From Bacillota bacterium (lineage in GTDB: Bacteria; Bacillota_I; Bacilli_A; RF39; UBA660): a DNA stretch of 64,000 bases. The number at the start of each line of letters is the position of its first letter. The first letter of the stretch is position 1. The stretch is from positions 7,796-71,795 of the forward strand of contig DOEC01000035.1 of the NCBI GenBank assembly GCA_003524085.1, in the 5' to 3' direction. The notes beneath the pieces are model-generated. The model did no database searches. It was not told the origin of the DNA and saw only the letters and a list, made by a program, of their open reading frames with translations. The translations under genes and the position numbers were made by a program. This document shows positions 48,904 to 59,200 of this stretch, in pieces.

Positions 48904-50307
48904 TTATCTTCTATCATTTAAAGTAATACCAATTTCCTTTAATTCATCTCTAATCTTGTCAGACTCAGCATAATTTTTTTCTTCTCTATACTTATTTCTA
49001 ATACTTTGTATAATGTTAATTAACTCAGCTTCCTTATTAGAACTTGTCTCTGTAAAAGATAGACCCAAAATATCTTCAGCATACTCACTAATGAAGTTAT
49101 TATAACTTATTAGTTTATCAATATTCTTACTTGTTTGAAGTTCAGTATTCGCAAGCTTAATTATCTCATACAAATAAGTAATTGCAAGTCCTGTGTTAAA
49201 GTCGTCATCCATTGCTTCAGTAAACTTCTTTTTTAAGTTACTAACAGTTTCATCATCACTTATATATTCATCCACATCTTTAATAGCATTTCTTAAATTA
49301 TTAACAGTTTCACTAACTTTCTTAAATTGTTTTTCAGTATCAAGTAGTTGTTCATCATTAAAATCTGTTGGCTTTCTATAATGGTTTTGTAGTATATAGA
49401 AACGTACTACCATTGGGTTATACTTTTTAAATAAGTCATCAAGAGTTATAAAGTTTCCTAAACTCTTTCCCATCTTTTGCCCGTTTACTGTTACTAAATT
49501 ATTATGTATAAAGTAGTTAACAAAAGTTTTTCCAGTTAATGCTTCACTCTGCGCGATTTCACACTCGTGATGAGGAAATATGTTGTCCATTCCTCCTCCA
49601 TGAATATCAAAAGTATCGCCTAAATATTTTCTACTCATTACTGAACACTCAATATGCCATCCAGGATAACCTTCTCCCCATGGACTAGGCCACTTCATAA
49701 TGTGCCCGTTTTCAGCCTTTTTCCAAAGTGCAAAATCAGCAGGATTTTCTTTGTCAGTTGCAACTTCAATTCGCTCACCACTCAAAGTATTATCAAGTGT
49801 TCTATTAGATAAACTTCCATACTTAGTAAACTTGTTTATTCTGTAGTACACATTGCCTTCTTTAGTCGCATAAGCATATCCTTTATCAATAAGTGTTTGC
49901 ACGTCTTTTATAATCTCAATAATATGTCCAGTAGCTCTACAACTAATACTTGGCTTTAAAACATTTAACTTTCTCATATCTTCAAAGTAAATATTCTCAA
50001 ACTTGTATGCAATTTCAACTGGGTCAATACTCTCAAGTTTTGCAATTCTCTCAATTTTATCTTCTCCACTTTCAGCATCTCCTACTAAATGTCCTACATC
50101 TGTTATATTTTGTACATACTTAACTTTATATCCTAAATGCATTAAATATCTATAAATAACATCAAAACTAACATAACTTTTAGCATGCCCTAAATGTGGA
50201 TAACCATATACAGTAGGTCCACATACATACATTCCAACTAGCCCTTCATGAATACTTTTAAATTCTTCTTTTCTTCTAGTAATAGTGTTGTAAACTACTA
50301 AACTCAT
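48904..50307 (-). CDS. cysS: cysteinyl-tRNA synthetase
   Basis: HIGH region GYPHLGHAKSYVSFD; KMSKS as KMGKSLGN; start at M20 (MSLVVYNTITRRKEEF) with GAGGTG RBS. Confidence 0.9.
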   Translation of the reverse strand: MSLVVYNTITRRKEEFKSIHEGLVGMYVCGPTVYGYPHLGHAKSYVSFDVIYRYLMHLGYKVKYVQNITDVGHLVGDAESGEDKIERIAKLESIDPVEIAYKFENIYFEDMRKLNVLKPSISCRATGHIIEIIKDVQTLIDKGYAYATKEGNVYYRINKFTKYGSLSNRTLDNTLSGERIEVATDKENPADFALWKKAENGHIMKWPSPWGEGYPGWHIECSVMSRKYLGDTFDIHGGGMDNIFPHHECEIAQSEALTGKTFVNYFIHNNLVTVNGQKMGKSLGNFITLDDLFKKYNPMVVRFYILQNHYRKPTDFNDEQLLDTEKQFKKVSETVNNLRNAIKDVDEYISDDETVSNLKKKFTEAMDDDFNTGLAITYLYEIIKLANTELQTSKNIDKLISYNNFISEYAEDILGLSFTETSSNKEAELINIIQSIRNKYREEKNYAESDKIRDELKEIGITLNDRR

Positions 50308-50434
50308 AAATCCACCTCTTTCGTATGTAAATATTATATCACATAAATCTAAAATGTAGTACATAAATTATAATGGAAGTGGACAATAACACAAAAAAAT
50401 GGTAAAATTTAAATAGTAAACTGAAGGTGAAAAA

Positions 50435-52414
50435 ATGAAAAGGAAGTTACCGTTATTAATTTTTTATAGTTTTTTAATTATATATTTAGAACTAGTTTAC
50501 AAAAGTGCTGTTCTAAACAACGTATTTAGTATAAACACGCTTACTGTTATAGTGTTTAGTATTCCATTTATACTTATAAATACACTTATTAGTAGCTTAT
50601 TTAAAGAAAAAATTAACAGAATTATTTCAGTAGTCTTAAGCATATTTATCACACTTATCTATATTAGCCAGTACATTTACTTTGAATTTTATGACTCAAT
50701 CTTCTCAATTTATAGCATTAAAGAAGGAACAGGCCAAGTATTTGGAGAATTCTTTAGTGCAATACTAAAGATGGTATTAGATAACATTTGGGTAACCTTA
50801 TTATTCTTACTACCATTCTTACTCTTTATCATATTTGGTAAAAAAATCTTTAACTTTGAAAGAAACAAAAAAGCAAGCCTTATAACCAGTGGATTATCCA
50901 TAGTAAGCATTGCCATTTGCATACTATTTGTACAGTTCTATGGTAGTGGAATGTACAGCTTAAAAAGACTTTATAAAGAAACTCATGCTCCAATGATAAC
51001 AATAAATAAAGTAGGACTTTTATCAATGGAAGTCTTAGATTTAGATAGATTTATCTTTGGCTTTGAAGAAAAACTATATAACATTAACAAGCCAATCGAC
51101 AATAAAGAAGAAACAAAAAAGCCAGAAGAAACAGAAGAAATAAAATATAATGTTCTAGATATAGATTTTGATAAACTTATTAATGAAGAAGAAAATTCTA
51201 TGGTTAAATCTATGCATGAATACTTTAAAAACGTAACCCCTACAAAACAAAACGAGTACACTGGCATGTTTAAAGGAAAAAATTTAATATACATCACTGC
51301 TGAGGGGTTTGACAAAATCGCAATAGATGAAAGTCTTACTCCAACTTTATACAAACTAGCTAATAACGGCTTTGTCTTTGAAAACTACTACCAACCTTTA
51401 TTTACAGTTAGCACAAGTGATGGTGAATACATGTTTTTAAATAGTCTTATTCCAAAAGAAGGAGTATGGTCTTTCTATAGAAGTAGTAACATTTATATGC
51501 CTTTTGGAATAGGAAATGTTTTCAAAAGAGAAGGCTATAGCACGGTAAACGCATACCACGACCACACATACACTTATTATAATAGAGATGAGTCACACCC
51601 AAATTTAGGCTTTGACAAATACATTGGATGTGGTAATGGACTTGAAGAGTTAATAAACTGTAAAACATGGCCTGAAAGTGACGTTGAAATGATTAATGCT
51701 ACAGTAGACGACTACATAAATAGCGACAAATTTATGACATACTACATGACAGTAAGTGGACACCTAAACTACACTTTCACAGGTAACTATATATCATATA
51801 AAAATAAAGACTTAGTTAAAGACTTACCTTACACCGATCATGTAAAAGCTTATCTTGCAGCCAACATTGAACTAGACCGTGCAATTGAAAGTTTGATTAA
51901 CAAGCTTAAAGAAAAAGGAAAACTAGACGATACTGTAATTGTAATTAGTCCAGATCATTATCCATATGGACTTAAAACAAGTGAATTAAATGAGATAAGC
52001 AAAACTGATAGAAGTGACAAATTTGAAATGTTTCACACAAGTTTAATACTTTATAATAGTGAAATAAAAGAAAATGTTAAAGTAACTAAATATGTAAGCA
52101 GTATTGATGTTCTACCTACAATTTATAACTTATTTGGAATAAAATATGACTCTAGATTACTAATGGGAAGAGACGCATTAAGTGATGCTGAAGGACTAGT
52201 TATTCTAAGCGATAGAAGCTTTATTAACGAATTTGGTAGTTACAACTCAATTACAGGAAAATACACTAAATTTAAAGAAGATGTAAGTAATGACTACATA
52301 GAAAAACTAAACCACGAAGTATATCAAAGATTCACAATGAGTAGCTTACTTTTATATGAAAAAAATGGTGTATATTTAGATTACTATAGGAAGTTGGGAT
52401 TATATGAAGATTAA
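50435..52414 (+). CDS. LtaS-family lipoteichoic acid synthase / sulfatase-domain membrane protein
   Basis: 5 N-terminal TM helices + extracellular alkaline-phosphatase-superfamily domain (ITAEGFD...WSFYRSSNIYMP...DHY). Confidence 0.75.
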   Translation: MKRKLPLLIFYSFLIIYLELVYKSAVLNNVFSINTLTVIVFSIPFILINTLISSLFKEKINRIISVVLSIFITLIYISQYIYFEFYDSIFSIYSIKEGTGQVFGEFFSAILKMVLDNIWVTLLFLLPFLLFIIFGKKIFNFERNKKASLITSGLSIVSIAICILFVQFYGSGMYSLKRLYKETHAPMITINKVGLLSMEVLDLDRFIFGFEEKLYNINKPIDNKEETKKPEETEEIKYNVLDIDFDKLINEEENSMVKSMHEYFKNVTPTKQNEYTGMFKGKNLIYITAEGFDKIAIDESLTPTLYKLANNGFVFENYYQPLFTVSTSDGEYMFLNSLIPKEGVWSFYRSSNIYMPFGIGNVFKREGYSTVNAYHDHTYTYYNRDESHPNLGFDKYIGCGNGLEELINCKTWPESDVEMINATVDDYINSDKFMTYYMTVSGHLNYTFTGNYISYKNKDLVKDLPYTDHVKAYLAANIELDRAIESLINKLKEKGKLDDTVIVISPDHYPYGLKTSELNEISKTDRSDKFEMFHTSLILYNSEIKENVKVTKYVSSIDVLPTIYNLFGIKYDSRLLMGRDALSDAEGLVILSDRSFINEFGSYNSITGKYTKFKEDVSNDYIEKLNHEVYQRFTMSSLLLYEKNGVYLDYYRKLGLYED

Positions 52415-53231
52415 GAAAAATGATATAGATTTAAATTCTACACTAATGAGTGGACAAGCTTTTAGAATAACTAAAGAACTAGATAACTCATATACTTGCA
52501 TCTTAACCGATAGGGTAGTTAACATCAAAGAAGATAATGACTTCTTAATAGTTAACTCTAATAAAGAAGAAAATCTAGAAATGGTAGTCAAACACTATTT
52601 AGACTACGGAAGAGACTATTCTTTAATTAATGAAAAATTATCTACTAGTGATGTATTCTATGGTGGAGTACCATCTGGTTATAAAGTGCTTAAACAAGAC
52701 AAATTTGAAATGTATATAAGTTATATTATAAGTCAAAACAATAACGTAAAAAGAATAAGCAGTACAATTAATAAAATAAGTGAAAAGTATGGCGAAAAAG
52801 TAGAGTTTAACAATAAAACGTATTACTTATTTCCAAAAATGAGTGACATGATTAACTTAACTAAAGACAACTTAAAAGAATTCAACCTAGGCTTTAGAGA
52901 TGAATATATATATAACGCTCTTAATGTATTAAAAGAAAATCCATTTTACCTAGAAGAGTTAGATATGTTAAATACTGACGTTGCGTTAAAAAGTCTTATG
53001 AAAATAAAAGGAATAGGCCTAAAAGTAGCAAGCTGTATATTGATGTTTGGATACTCTAGATTTGATACATTCCCAATTGATACATGGGTTAAAAAATACG
53101 TCAGTGAAAAACTTGGAATAAAAGATGATATCAAAGTAATAAGTAAGTATATGAAAGAAATTTTTAATGAATATTCAGGTCTTGCTATACAGTATATGTA
53201 CCATATAAATAGAAACAGGAAACTAGATTAA
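52404..53231 (+). CDS. 8-oxoguanine DNA glycosylase (HhH-GPD superfamily, Ogg-type)
   Basis: helix-hairpin-helix IKGIGLKVASCILMFG followed by catalytic Asp in FPIDTWV. Confidence 0.7.
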   Translation: MKIKKNDIDLNSTLMSGQAFRITKELDNSYTCILTDRVVNIKEDNDFLIVNSNKEENLEMVVKHYLDYGRDYSLINEKLSTSDVFYGGVPSGYKVLKQDKFEMYISYIISQNNNVKRISSTINKISEKYGEKVEFNNKTYYLFPKMSDMINLTKDNLKEFNLGFRDEYIYNALNVLKENPFYLEELDMLNTDVALKSLMKIKGIGLKVASCILMFGYSRFDTFPIDTWVKKYVSEKLGIKDDIKVISKYMKEIFNEYSGLAIQYMYHINRNRKLD

Positions 53232-53414
53232 ACTATTTCCCGTTCTTTTTTTGTATATTAAATTTGTTGCTTGATAAGCCCTCTTTGCAAAATCATCAGT
53301 TAAATAAGGTAAAATACTTTCATTATCACTTGAGTGGTAGATTTTTTCCTGGTTCAAATTTTTTAAGTTTTTCAAAAGCTGATTTCGATAGAGTAGCTGT
53401 ATACATAACATCAT
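53223..53414 (-). CDS. small hypothetical protein (62-63 aa)
   Basis: ORF with GGGGGA SD but very short spacing; divergent from plus-strand promoter. Confidence 0.25.
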   Translation of the reverse strand: MMLCIQLLYRNQLLKNLKNLNQEKIYHSSDNESILPYLTDDFAKRAYQATNLIYKKRTGNSLI

Positions 53415-53487
53415 CCCCCTTAATTACTATAATTATACCATATTTGGTACACAAAGTTAATTTCCACATAAATAAGCAAACATTTTG

Positions 53488-53516
53488 TTGACAAACAAAT
53501 ATACATATTTTATAAT
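53488..53516 (+). promoter_or_regulatory. consensus sigma-A promoter TTGACA-17nt-TATAAT
   Basis: followed by AGGAGG and ATG 53536. Confidence 0.65.
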
Positions 53517-53535
53517 AGTATCAGGAGGCATAAAG

Positions 53536-54111
53536 ATGATAGAAAATTTTATAATTACATATATTACTGATTATAATCCATATTTAATGGAAGAAGCAAC
53601 TGCTGTTTTTAATCAAGATGGCACGTTTAACAGGCTTAGAATAGAAGAGGAGGAATATAGAAGTTTAGAAGTAAAAGAGGCACAGAAAAGAGCAAAAGCG
53701 CATATAAAAGAACAAAAAGGGATATCGTATAAAAATATATTAACTTCTAATACAATATTAATAGACGACAAAACTGCAAATGAGTATATATATTCATGTT
53801 ATACAAGATGGTCAAAAACAGACATGAAATATGTCAAATGTATTCTTGCCAATTATATTAAGGAACTATTTATGAATGCTAATAGCAAAAGTTATGAAGC
53901 AAATAGAAAAAATAAACATAATTTAGACGCAATGTATGGTTTCTATAAATATGGAGCTAAGTTTTCTATTGTTGATAATGGTAAAGAAACAATTTATACT
54001 TGTTCACTTTTAGTAAGAAACGATGCGAATGGTAAAAAATATTTATATGATATTTTAGATATTAAAAAAATTAACCAAGTAAGCTTAGAAAAGTATTTTC
54101 AAACTACTTAG
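53536..54111 (+). CDS. hypothetical protein (192 aa)
   Basis: start MIENFIITYITDY at M18 of ORF 53485, perfect RBS. Confidence 0.6.
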   Translation: MIENFIITYITDYNPYLMEEATAVFNQDGTFNRLRIEEEEYRSLEVKEAQKRAKAHIKEQKGISYKNILTSNTILIDDKTANEYIYSCYTRWSKTDMKYVKCILANYIKELFMNANSKSYEANRKNKHNLDAMYGFYKYGAKFSIVDNGKETIYTCSLLVRNDANGKKYLYDILDIKKINQVSLEKYFQTT

Positions 54112-54140
54112 TTAATTAGAGACTATTATTATGAACAAGA

Positions 54141-54716
54141 ACCTCCATACGAGCCTTCCGTTTAAAATAAACCAGGCATATCTATGCTCCAGCACCTTGC
54201 TCATGAATAAATTATAGCATATCATTTACTAAAAGTAAACACTATATAAAAATTGTTAACATAAACATAATTAAATATGCAATAAAAAAGACGAGTTACC
54301 TCCATACGAGCCTTCTGTTTAAAATAAACTAGGCAAAGCTATGCTCCAGCAACCTGTCATGTATAAATTGTAGCATATCATTTACTAAAAGTAAACAACT
54401 AAAAAGTATCTTTTTAAGCATATAATTGTGAAAGTAAAATAAAAAAAGGAACGAGCTACCTCCATGCGAGCCTTCCGTTTAAAATAAACCAGGCAAATCC
54501 ATGCTCCAGCAACCTGTCCATGTACAAATTATAACATATCATTTACAAAAAGTAAACAAATAAAAAGTATCTTTTAAGTGCTAAAATAGTAGAATAAAAT
54601 AAAAAAGAACGAGTTACCTCCATACGAGCCTTCCGTTTATGATAAACCAGGCATAGCTATGCTCCAGAAACTTGTTCATGAATAAATTATAACATATCAT
54701 TTACTAAAAGTAAACA
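54141..54716 (-). repeat. array of four tandem ~160-bp repeats (conserved ~100-bp cores at 54141-54241, 54298-54397, 54458-54558, 54616-54716), each with a minus-strand TTTACT-17nt-TATAAT promoter and short leaderless ORF
   Basis: direct visual alignment of four copies; periods 157/160/158 bp. Confidence 0.8.
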
Positions 54717-54738
54717 AATAAATTTTTGAAAAATATAC

Positions 54739-54767
54739 TTGACAAGTGTAATAAATACGCATATAAT
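54739..54767 (+). promoter_or_regulatory. sigma-A promoter TTGACA-17nt-TATAAT for Nudix-regulator gene
   Basis: read directly from the sequence. Confidence 0.55.
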
Positions 54768-54790
54768 TATAATGTAGTGAGGTGATGCGT

Positions 54791-55462
54791 ATGCAGTTAA
54801 CAAACCCTTTATATAAAAATATTGGAGTACATGTTATTACTAGTATTTTTACAGTTGACAAAGGTGTAGTTAAAGTACTACTTGTTAAAAGAACTAATGA
54901 ACCATTTAAAGAAAAGTGGAGTTTAGTAGGAGGTGCACTTTACAACAACGAAAGACTAGAAGACGGAGTTAAAAGAGAAATATTTGAAAAAAGTGGCTTA
55001 ACTGATGTAAATGTTTATTTTTCAGGAGTGTTTGATGAAATTGATAGAAGTCCTGTTAGAAGAATGATAGCTTTAACTTATGTTGGACTAATAGACGCAA
55101 ATAAAGTTCAAGTACTAAAGAAAACTCTTAAAACTGATAATTCTGACTGGGTCCCAATTGATAAAGTTCAAAATTTGGCAGGTGACCATAACAAGATTTT
55201 ATTAAAAGGCCTAGATACTTTAAAAGAGCTAATTGTAACAACTGACATATTAAAAAGCTTATTTCCGAGTGGTGTAACCATTCCTGAAATACAAAAGACT
55301 TATGAAAGTATACTAAATAAGTCATTTGATAGACGTAACTTCAGAAAGAAACTTCTTAGTCTAGGTATAATAGAAGACACTAATAAATATATGGTATTTG
55401 AAGGGAAAAAACCTGCTAAGTTATATAGATTTAATAAAAAGAAAAATAAGAATGTATTATAA
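54791..55462 (+). CDS. Nudix hydrolase-domain + C-terminal winged-helix protein (NrtR-like regulator)
   Basis: Nudix box GGALYNNERLEDGVKREIFEKSGL; ~100-aa C-terminal extension typical of NrtR. Confidence 0.65.
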   Translation: MQLTNPLYKNIGVHVITSIFTVDKGVVKVLLVKRTNEPFKEKWSLVGGALYNNERLEDGVKREIFEKSGLTDVNVYFSGVFDEIDRSPVRRMIALTYVGLIDANKVQVLKKTLKTDNSDWVPIDKVQNLAGDHNKILLKGLDTLKELIVTTDILKSLFPSGVTIPEIQKTYESILNKSFDRRNFRKKLLSLGIIEDTNKYMVFEGKKPAKLYRFNKKKNKNVL

Positions 55463-55515
55463 ATACATTTTTATAAAGAAAATATAAGTGTACAAAATAC
55501 ACATAAGGAGGAAAA

Positions 55516-56034
55516 ATGAAAGATTTGTATATTGATTTTGATGGAGTAATTAAAGATACTATAAAAGTATCTTACAAAATGATGGAAGATGAAAAAATTG
55601 ATTTAAGAGATCGACCTAAAGTAATTGAATTCTATAAGCAACTTGACTGGGAATACTTACTTAAAATAAGTGCTGAAATAAAAAATGCTTATCACTTTAT
55701 AAATAAAATCTCAGAAGAAGGAACATTTAATCCTAAAATACTTACAACAGTTAATTCTCTTAATGAGATAAAAGCAAAACTAAGTGACATAAAAAAGAAT
55801 TGTAAAAACATCACTCTGGTGTCAGTGCCATCTGGAATTGAAAAGTCAGTCTTAGTAAATCCAAAGAATTCTATTTTAGTAGATGACTACCGTGGCAACT
55901 TAATCTCGTGGCAAAATTCTGGTGGAATTCCAGTGAAATTTGCAAACGAAATAAGTAGTGAATTTATAACAATCAATACATTAGAAGTATTTACAGAAAA
56001 AGAAATATGCAAAAATTTGTGTTTAAGGAGGTAA
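55516..56034 (+). CDS. HAD-superfamily 5'(3')-deoxyribonucleotidase-like protein
   Basis: DLYIDFDGVIKDT (DxDGV motif I) in a 172-aa protein. Confidence 0.6.
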   Translation: MKDLYIDFDGVIKDTIKVSYKMMEDEKIDLRDRPKVIEFYKQLDWEYLLKISAEIKNAYHFINKISEEGTFNPKILTTVNSLNEIKAKLSDIKKNCKNITLVSVPSGIEKSVLVNPKNSILVDDYRGNLISWQNSGGIPVKFANEISSEFITINTLEVFTEKEICKNLCLRR

Positions 56035-56039
56035 TTAAA

Positions 56040-56567
56040 ATGAAAGAAGATACAAGAAACATAGCGTTACAAAAATTAAAAACTCTTAAAAGCGAAAGAG
56101 AAGAACTATTGTCTTTACAAAAAGAACTAAATGATTTAAAAGAAAATGACTTAGTCAAAAGGTACTTGTTTTTAGATAGTTTTCTAAGTAAAACAAACAT
56201 AGAAAGTGATAAAAAGTTAATATTAGATTCCTTTAGTTCTCTAATTAGAAACAACGAATGCACACACGACATATGGGTATATCTAGGTAGCTTTTATTAC
56301 GTAGACGATATGTTTAGGTCATATAGTATAAAAGTCCCAAACGAAAGAGATAAAAAGTTTGAGTATAATCTGTATGGATGTTTGGAATGTGACGAAACAG
56401 TAGAAACTAGTGACTATATAAAATTTGAAAGCGAGCACATATGTTTAAAAACAAGAAAATATGTTAACATCTATGAGCTAAGAAAACAATATTTTGAATA
56501 TTTAACTGAAATGAATGTAGACGAAACAGTCAAGAAATTAACGAGTATGTTTGGAGGTGAATTATGA
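56040..56567 (+). CDS. hypothetical protein (175 aa), operon member
   Basis: AGGAGG RBS; Cys/His cluster CLECDETVETSDYIKFESEHIC. Confidence 0.55.
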   Translation: MKEDTRNIALQKLKTLKSEREELLSLQKELNDLKENDLVKRYLFLDSFLSKTNIESDKKLILDSFSSLIRNNECTHDIWVYLGSFYYVDDMFRSYSIKVPNERDKKFEYNLYGCLECDETVETSDYIKFESEHICLKTRKYVNIYELRKQYFEYLTEMNVDETVKKLTSMFGGEL

Positions 56568-57223
56568 GCTGTTTATATTATTATTCACTTAATGATGGAA
56601 ATGTAGAAAAATACAAAATTAGTATTGACGAAGAAAAACTAAGCAAGATAAAAGAAAAAAGCATTTATAAATGTGGAAAAAAGAAGAAAGTGAGCTATGA
56701 AGGCGTAAGATTTTTTAAAAATAATATGTACTATACTGATTTTAAAGAAGTTGACCTAGGATGGAGAGAATACAAAGATGGTCCAGACGAAAAACTGTAT
56801 AGATATAGTTTCACTGAATACGTTCCAACCTATTTATCACAATTAATAGATATTATCATAAGTTCAAGTAGCGAAAAAGCAATAAGAGAATTATTTCAAA
56901 TGGACCTATCTAAAGAATTTTGTGGCTTTCAAAAAGAAATAAACGATATACTTAATAAAGCTAGCAAGATAAGTGACAGCGACTACAAAAATAAGATAAA
57001 CGCTTTAAACGAATTAAAAAACATTTACGAAGAAAAAGAATTTAATAGTGACAGAGAGGACATAAGCATATACTATAAAGAAGCTTTCACTTGCTTCCAT
57101 GTTGAACTAATAGATAAGATTACATTAGAAGAATATAACAAAGTTATCAATTTTATTAACGGTATACCATTTACAAACGATAAAGTTTGTGATTTAATAT
57201 TAAGAATGAAGGAGATGTTTTAA
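56564..57223 (+). CDS. hypothetical protein (219 aa), operon member
   Basis: ATGA overlap with upstream gene. Confidence 0.55.
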   Translation: MSCLYYYSLNDGNVEKYKISIDEEKLSKIKEKSIYKCGKKKKVSYEGVRFFKNNMYYTDFKEVDLGWREYKDGPDEKLYRYSFTEYVPTYLSQLIDIIISSSSEKAIRELFQMDLSKEFCGFQKEINDILNKASKISDSDYKNKINALNELKNIYEEKEFNSDREDISIYYKEAFTCFHVELIDKITLEEYNKVINFINGIPFTNDKVCDLILRMKEMF

Positions 57224-57823
57224 ATGGATAGTTATATTAGCTTTAGATATTTAAACAAAAAATTATTAGACCAATATAAAGGTTTGGTGCCAGTTGAAAT
57301 TGAATGTTCTAGAAGACACTATAATGGAGTAGACTATGATACTTACTCATATTCAACAATTGTATATTATAAGAAAGAAAATTTTAATCCTAAAAACTAT
57401 AAAAATGTTAAAACTTTTGGTAATGAGTTAACAGTTATAGACTTTGAATACGATTTTGAAGATTATATGAACTTTATTAAAGACTGTGAATTCAAATTAA
57501 GAGACGAAATAGTAGATAAACCATTGGGTATTTACTTATTTCAAGTAAACCATCACGTAGTAAAAGACGGAAAATGCTTACTTGTTAATACCAAAGATAA
57601 CAAATATGATTTAGATAATTTTGTTATGAGTGTAGTAGAAGAACTAAACTTATTAAGTGAGTCTTCTAGAAAAAAGATTATATCACAGTATGAACTAATA
57701 AGGTATAAACTATTTAAGAGTGAAGAATTAAGTAGAAAAGAATATGATTTATTAAGTAGTTTATTAGATAAAGACATAGACGAAAAATTAGAAGAACTAA
57801 CTGTATTAAAGCTTAGCTTATAA
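57224..57823 (+). CDS. hypothetical protein (199 aa), operon member
   Basis: TAAATG junction with upstream gene. Confidence 0.55.
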   Translation: MDSYISFRYLNKKLLDQYKGLVPVEIECSRRHYNGVDYDTYSYSTIVYYKKENFNPKNYKNVKTFGNELTVIDFEYDFEDYMNFIKDCEFKLRDEIVDKPLGIYLFQVNHHVVKDGKCLLVNTKDNKYDLDNFVMSVVEELNLLSESSRKKIISQYELIRYKLFKSEELSRKEYDLLSSLLDKDIDEKLEELTVLKLSL

Positions 57824-57841
57824 TAAAGGAGGAATAAAAAA

Positions 57842-58399
57842 ATGATATATTTAATGAGACATGGGCATGAAGATGAAGGATTTATCGGTGGTTGGAGTGA
57901 TACACATTTAACTCAGAAAGGTGTAAACGAAAGTGTAAACGCTGGGAACTTTATTGTTAATAAAGGGTTAGTTATTAACAAAATATTGTCAAGCAATATA
58001 ACAAGAGCAAAAGAAACAGCAAGGATTATTAATTCAAAATTAAATGTGCCTTTGGAAATAACAAAACTTTTAAATGAACAAGATAAAGGCATTATTAATG
58101 GTATTCCTTTACAAATGGCTGAAGAGTACTATAGTGAATTTATTAATACAGAAGATATTTACAAAAGGTTTCCAGAAGGAGAAAGTTTAAGCGATTTTTA
58201 TAATAGAATACTTTACTATTATCATGATATTTTAAAAGAAGACAATACATTATTAGTAACTCATAGTGGTGTCATTAATATGATTTACTATATTCTTACT
58301 AATACAAAGTTAGGCTATAATAAGAAAGGATTTAATGTAACTCACTCTAGTATTCATGAATATGATCCAACATTAAAGAAAATAAAAAGAATATATTAG
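57842..58399 (+). CDS. histidine phosphatase (phosphoglycerate mutase family)
   Basis: LMRHGHEDEG (RHG motif); AAAGGAGG RBS. Confidence 0.75.
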   Translation: MIYLMRHGHEDEGFIGGWSDTHLTQKGVNESVNAGNFIVNKGLVINKILSSNITRAKETARIINSKLNVPLEITKLLNEQDKGIINGIPLQMAEEYYSEFINTEDIYKRFPEGESLSDFYNRILYYYHDILKEDNTLLVTHSGVINMIYYILTNTKLGYNKKGFNVTHSSIHEYDPTLKKIKRIY

Positions 58400-58443
58400 A
58401 AAAAAGTAAAAAATAAGGCGTGTGTTAAAATAAACGCCTTATT

Positions 58444-59082
58444 TTAGTTTATATAATAAAGTAGCTTTATCCTTTTACCCTTTGTTTCTATAAGCATGTC
58501 GTCTTTTAAATTTTTAATTTCTCTAGACAAGGCACTTCTATTAACTGCTAGATAGTCAGCTAGTTCAGTATAACTCATTGGCAAATAAATAACTTTTGAA
58601 CCTGTTTTTTTACTTAATATTCTAAAATAATCTAAAAGCTTATCTCTTATACTTTTATTTGATAACACTTCTATTCTCTCATTCGCTTTTGCAATTATAG
58701 TTGTTAAAATATTTATTAAGTTTTTTAAAAATTGATTATAAAAAGTAAAACGATTTTCTTTCATATTTAAAATTGAATTAAAGTCTATTATTACTATTTT
58801 TGTTTCTTCTTTAGTAATTACTTGATATTCTTCGTTTTTAAGTGGATAACTAAGACTACCAAATAACGAATTTTCTAAAAAATCTTCAAGAATAGTCCTG
58901 TTACCCTCGATATCATTTCTTACTATTTGCAAGTGCCCAGTTAAAATAATACATATAAAGTTATCATTTATCATGTTACTCAATATTTCCTTATTTTTCG
59001 GGTATTTATAACTAATCACCTCCAAATAAGCCAGCAGTTTTTCCCTGTTTTTTTGGCTAATATTATAAAATAATTCGTTCAC
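58444..59082 (-). CDS. Crp/Fnr-family transcriptional regulator
   Basis: N-terminal cNMP-binding-like beta-barrel region, C-terminal HTH YTELADYLAVNRSALSREIKNLKDD. Confidence 0.75.
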   Translation of the reverse strand: MNELFYNISQKNREKLLAYLEVISYKYPKNKEILSNMINDNFICIILTGHLQIVRNDIEGNRTILEDFLENSLFGSLSYPLKNEEYQVITKEETKIVIIDFNSILNMKENRFTFYNQFLKNLINILTTIIAKANERIEVLSNKSIRDKLLDYFRILSKKTGSKVIYLPMSYTELADYLAVNRSALSREIKNLKDDMLIETKGKRIKLLYYIN

Positions 59083-59200
59083 TTTACATCACCTAAAACT
59101 ATTTTATCAAATTTTTGTAATTGTTGCAATTGCAACATTAACTTTTATATACGATGTTGTATAATTGACTTATAAAAATGATAAGAGAGAGGTAAATGAA

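Noticed and set aside
54141-54716. Tandem repeats as a CRISPR array
   Set aside because: Unit length ~160 bp with internally conserved ~100-bp core and semi-conserved linker; no 25-40 bp direct repeat/unique spacer alternation and no cas genes nearby
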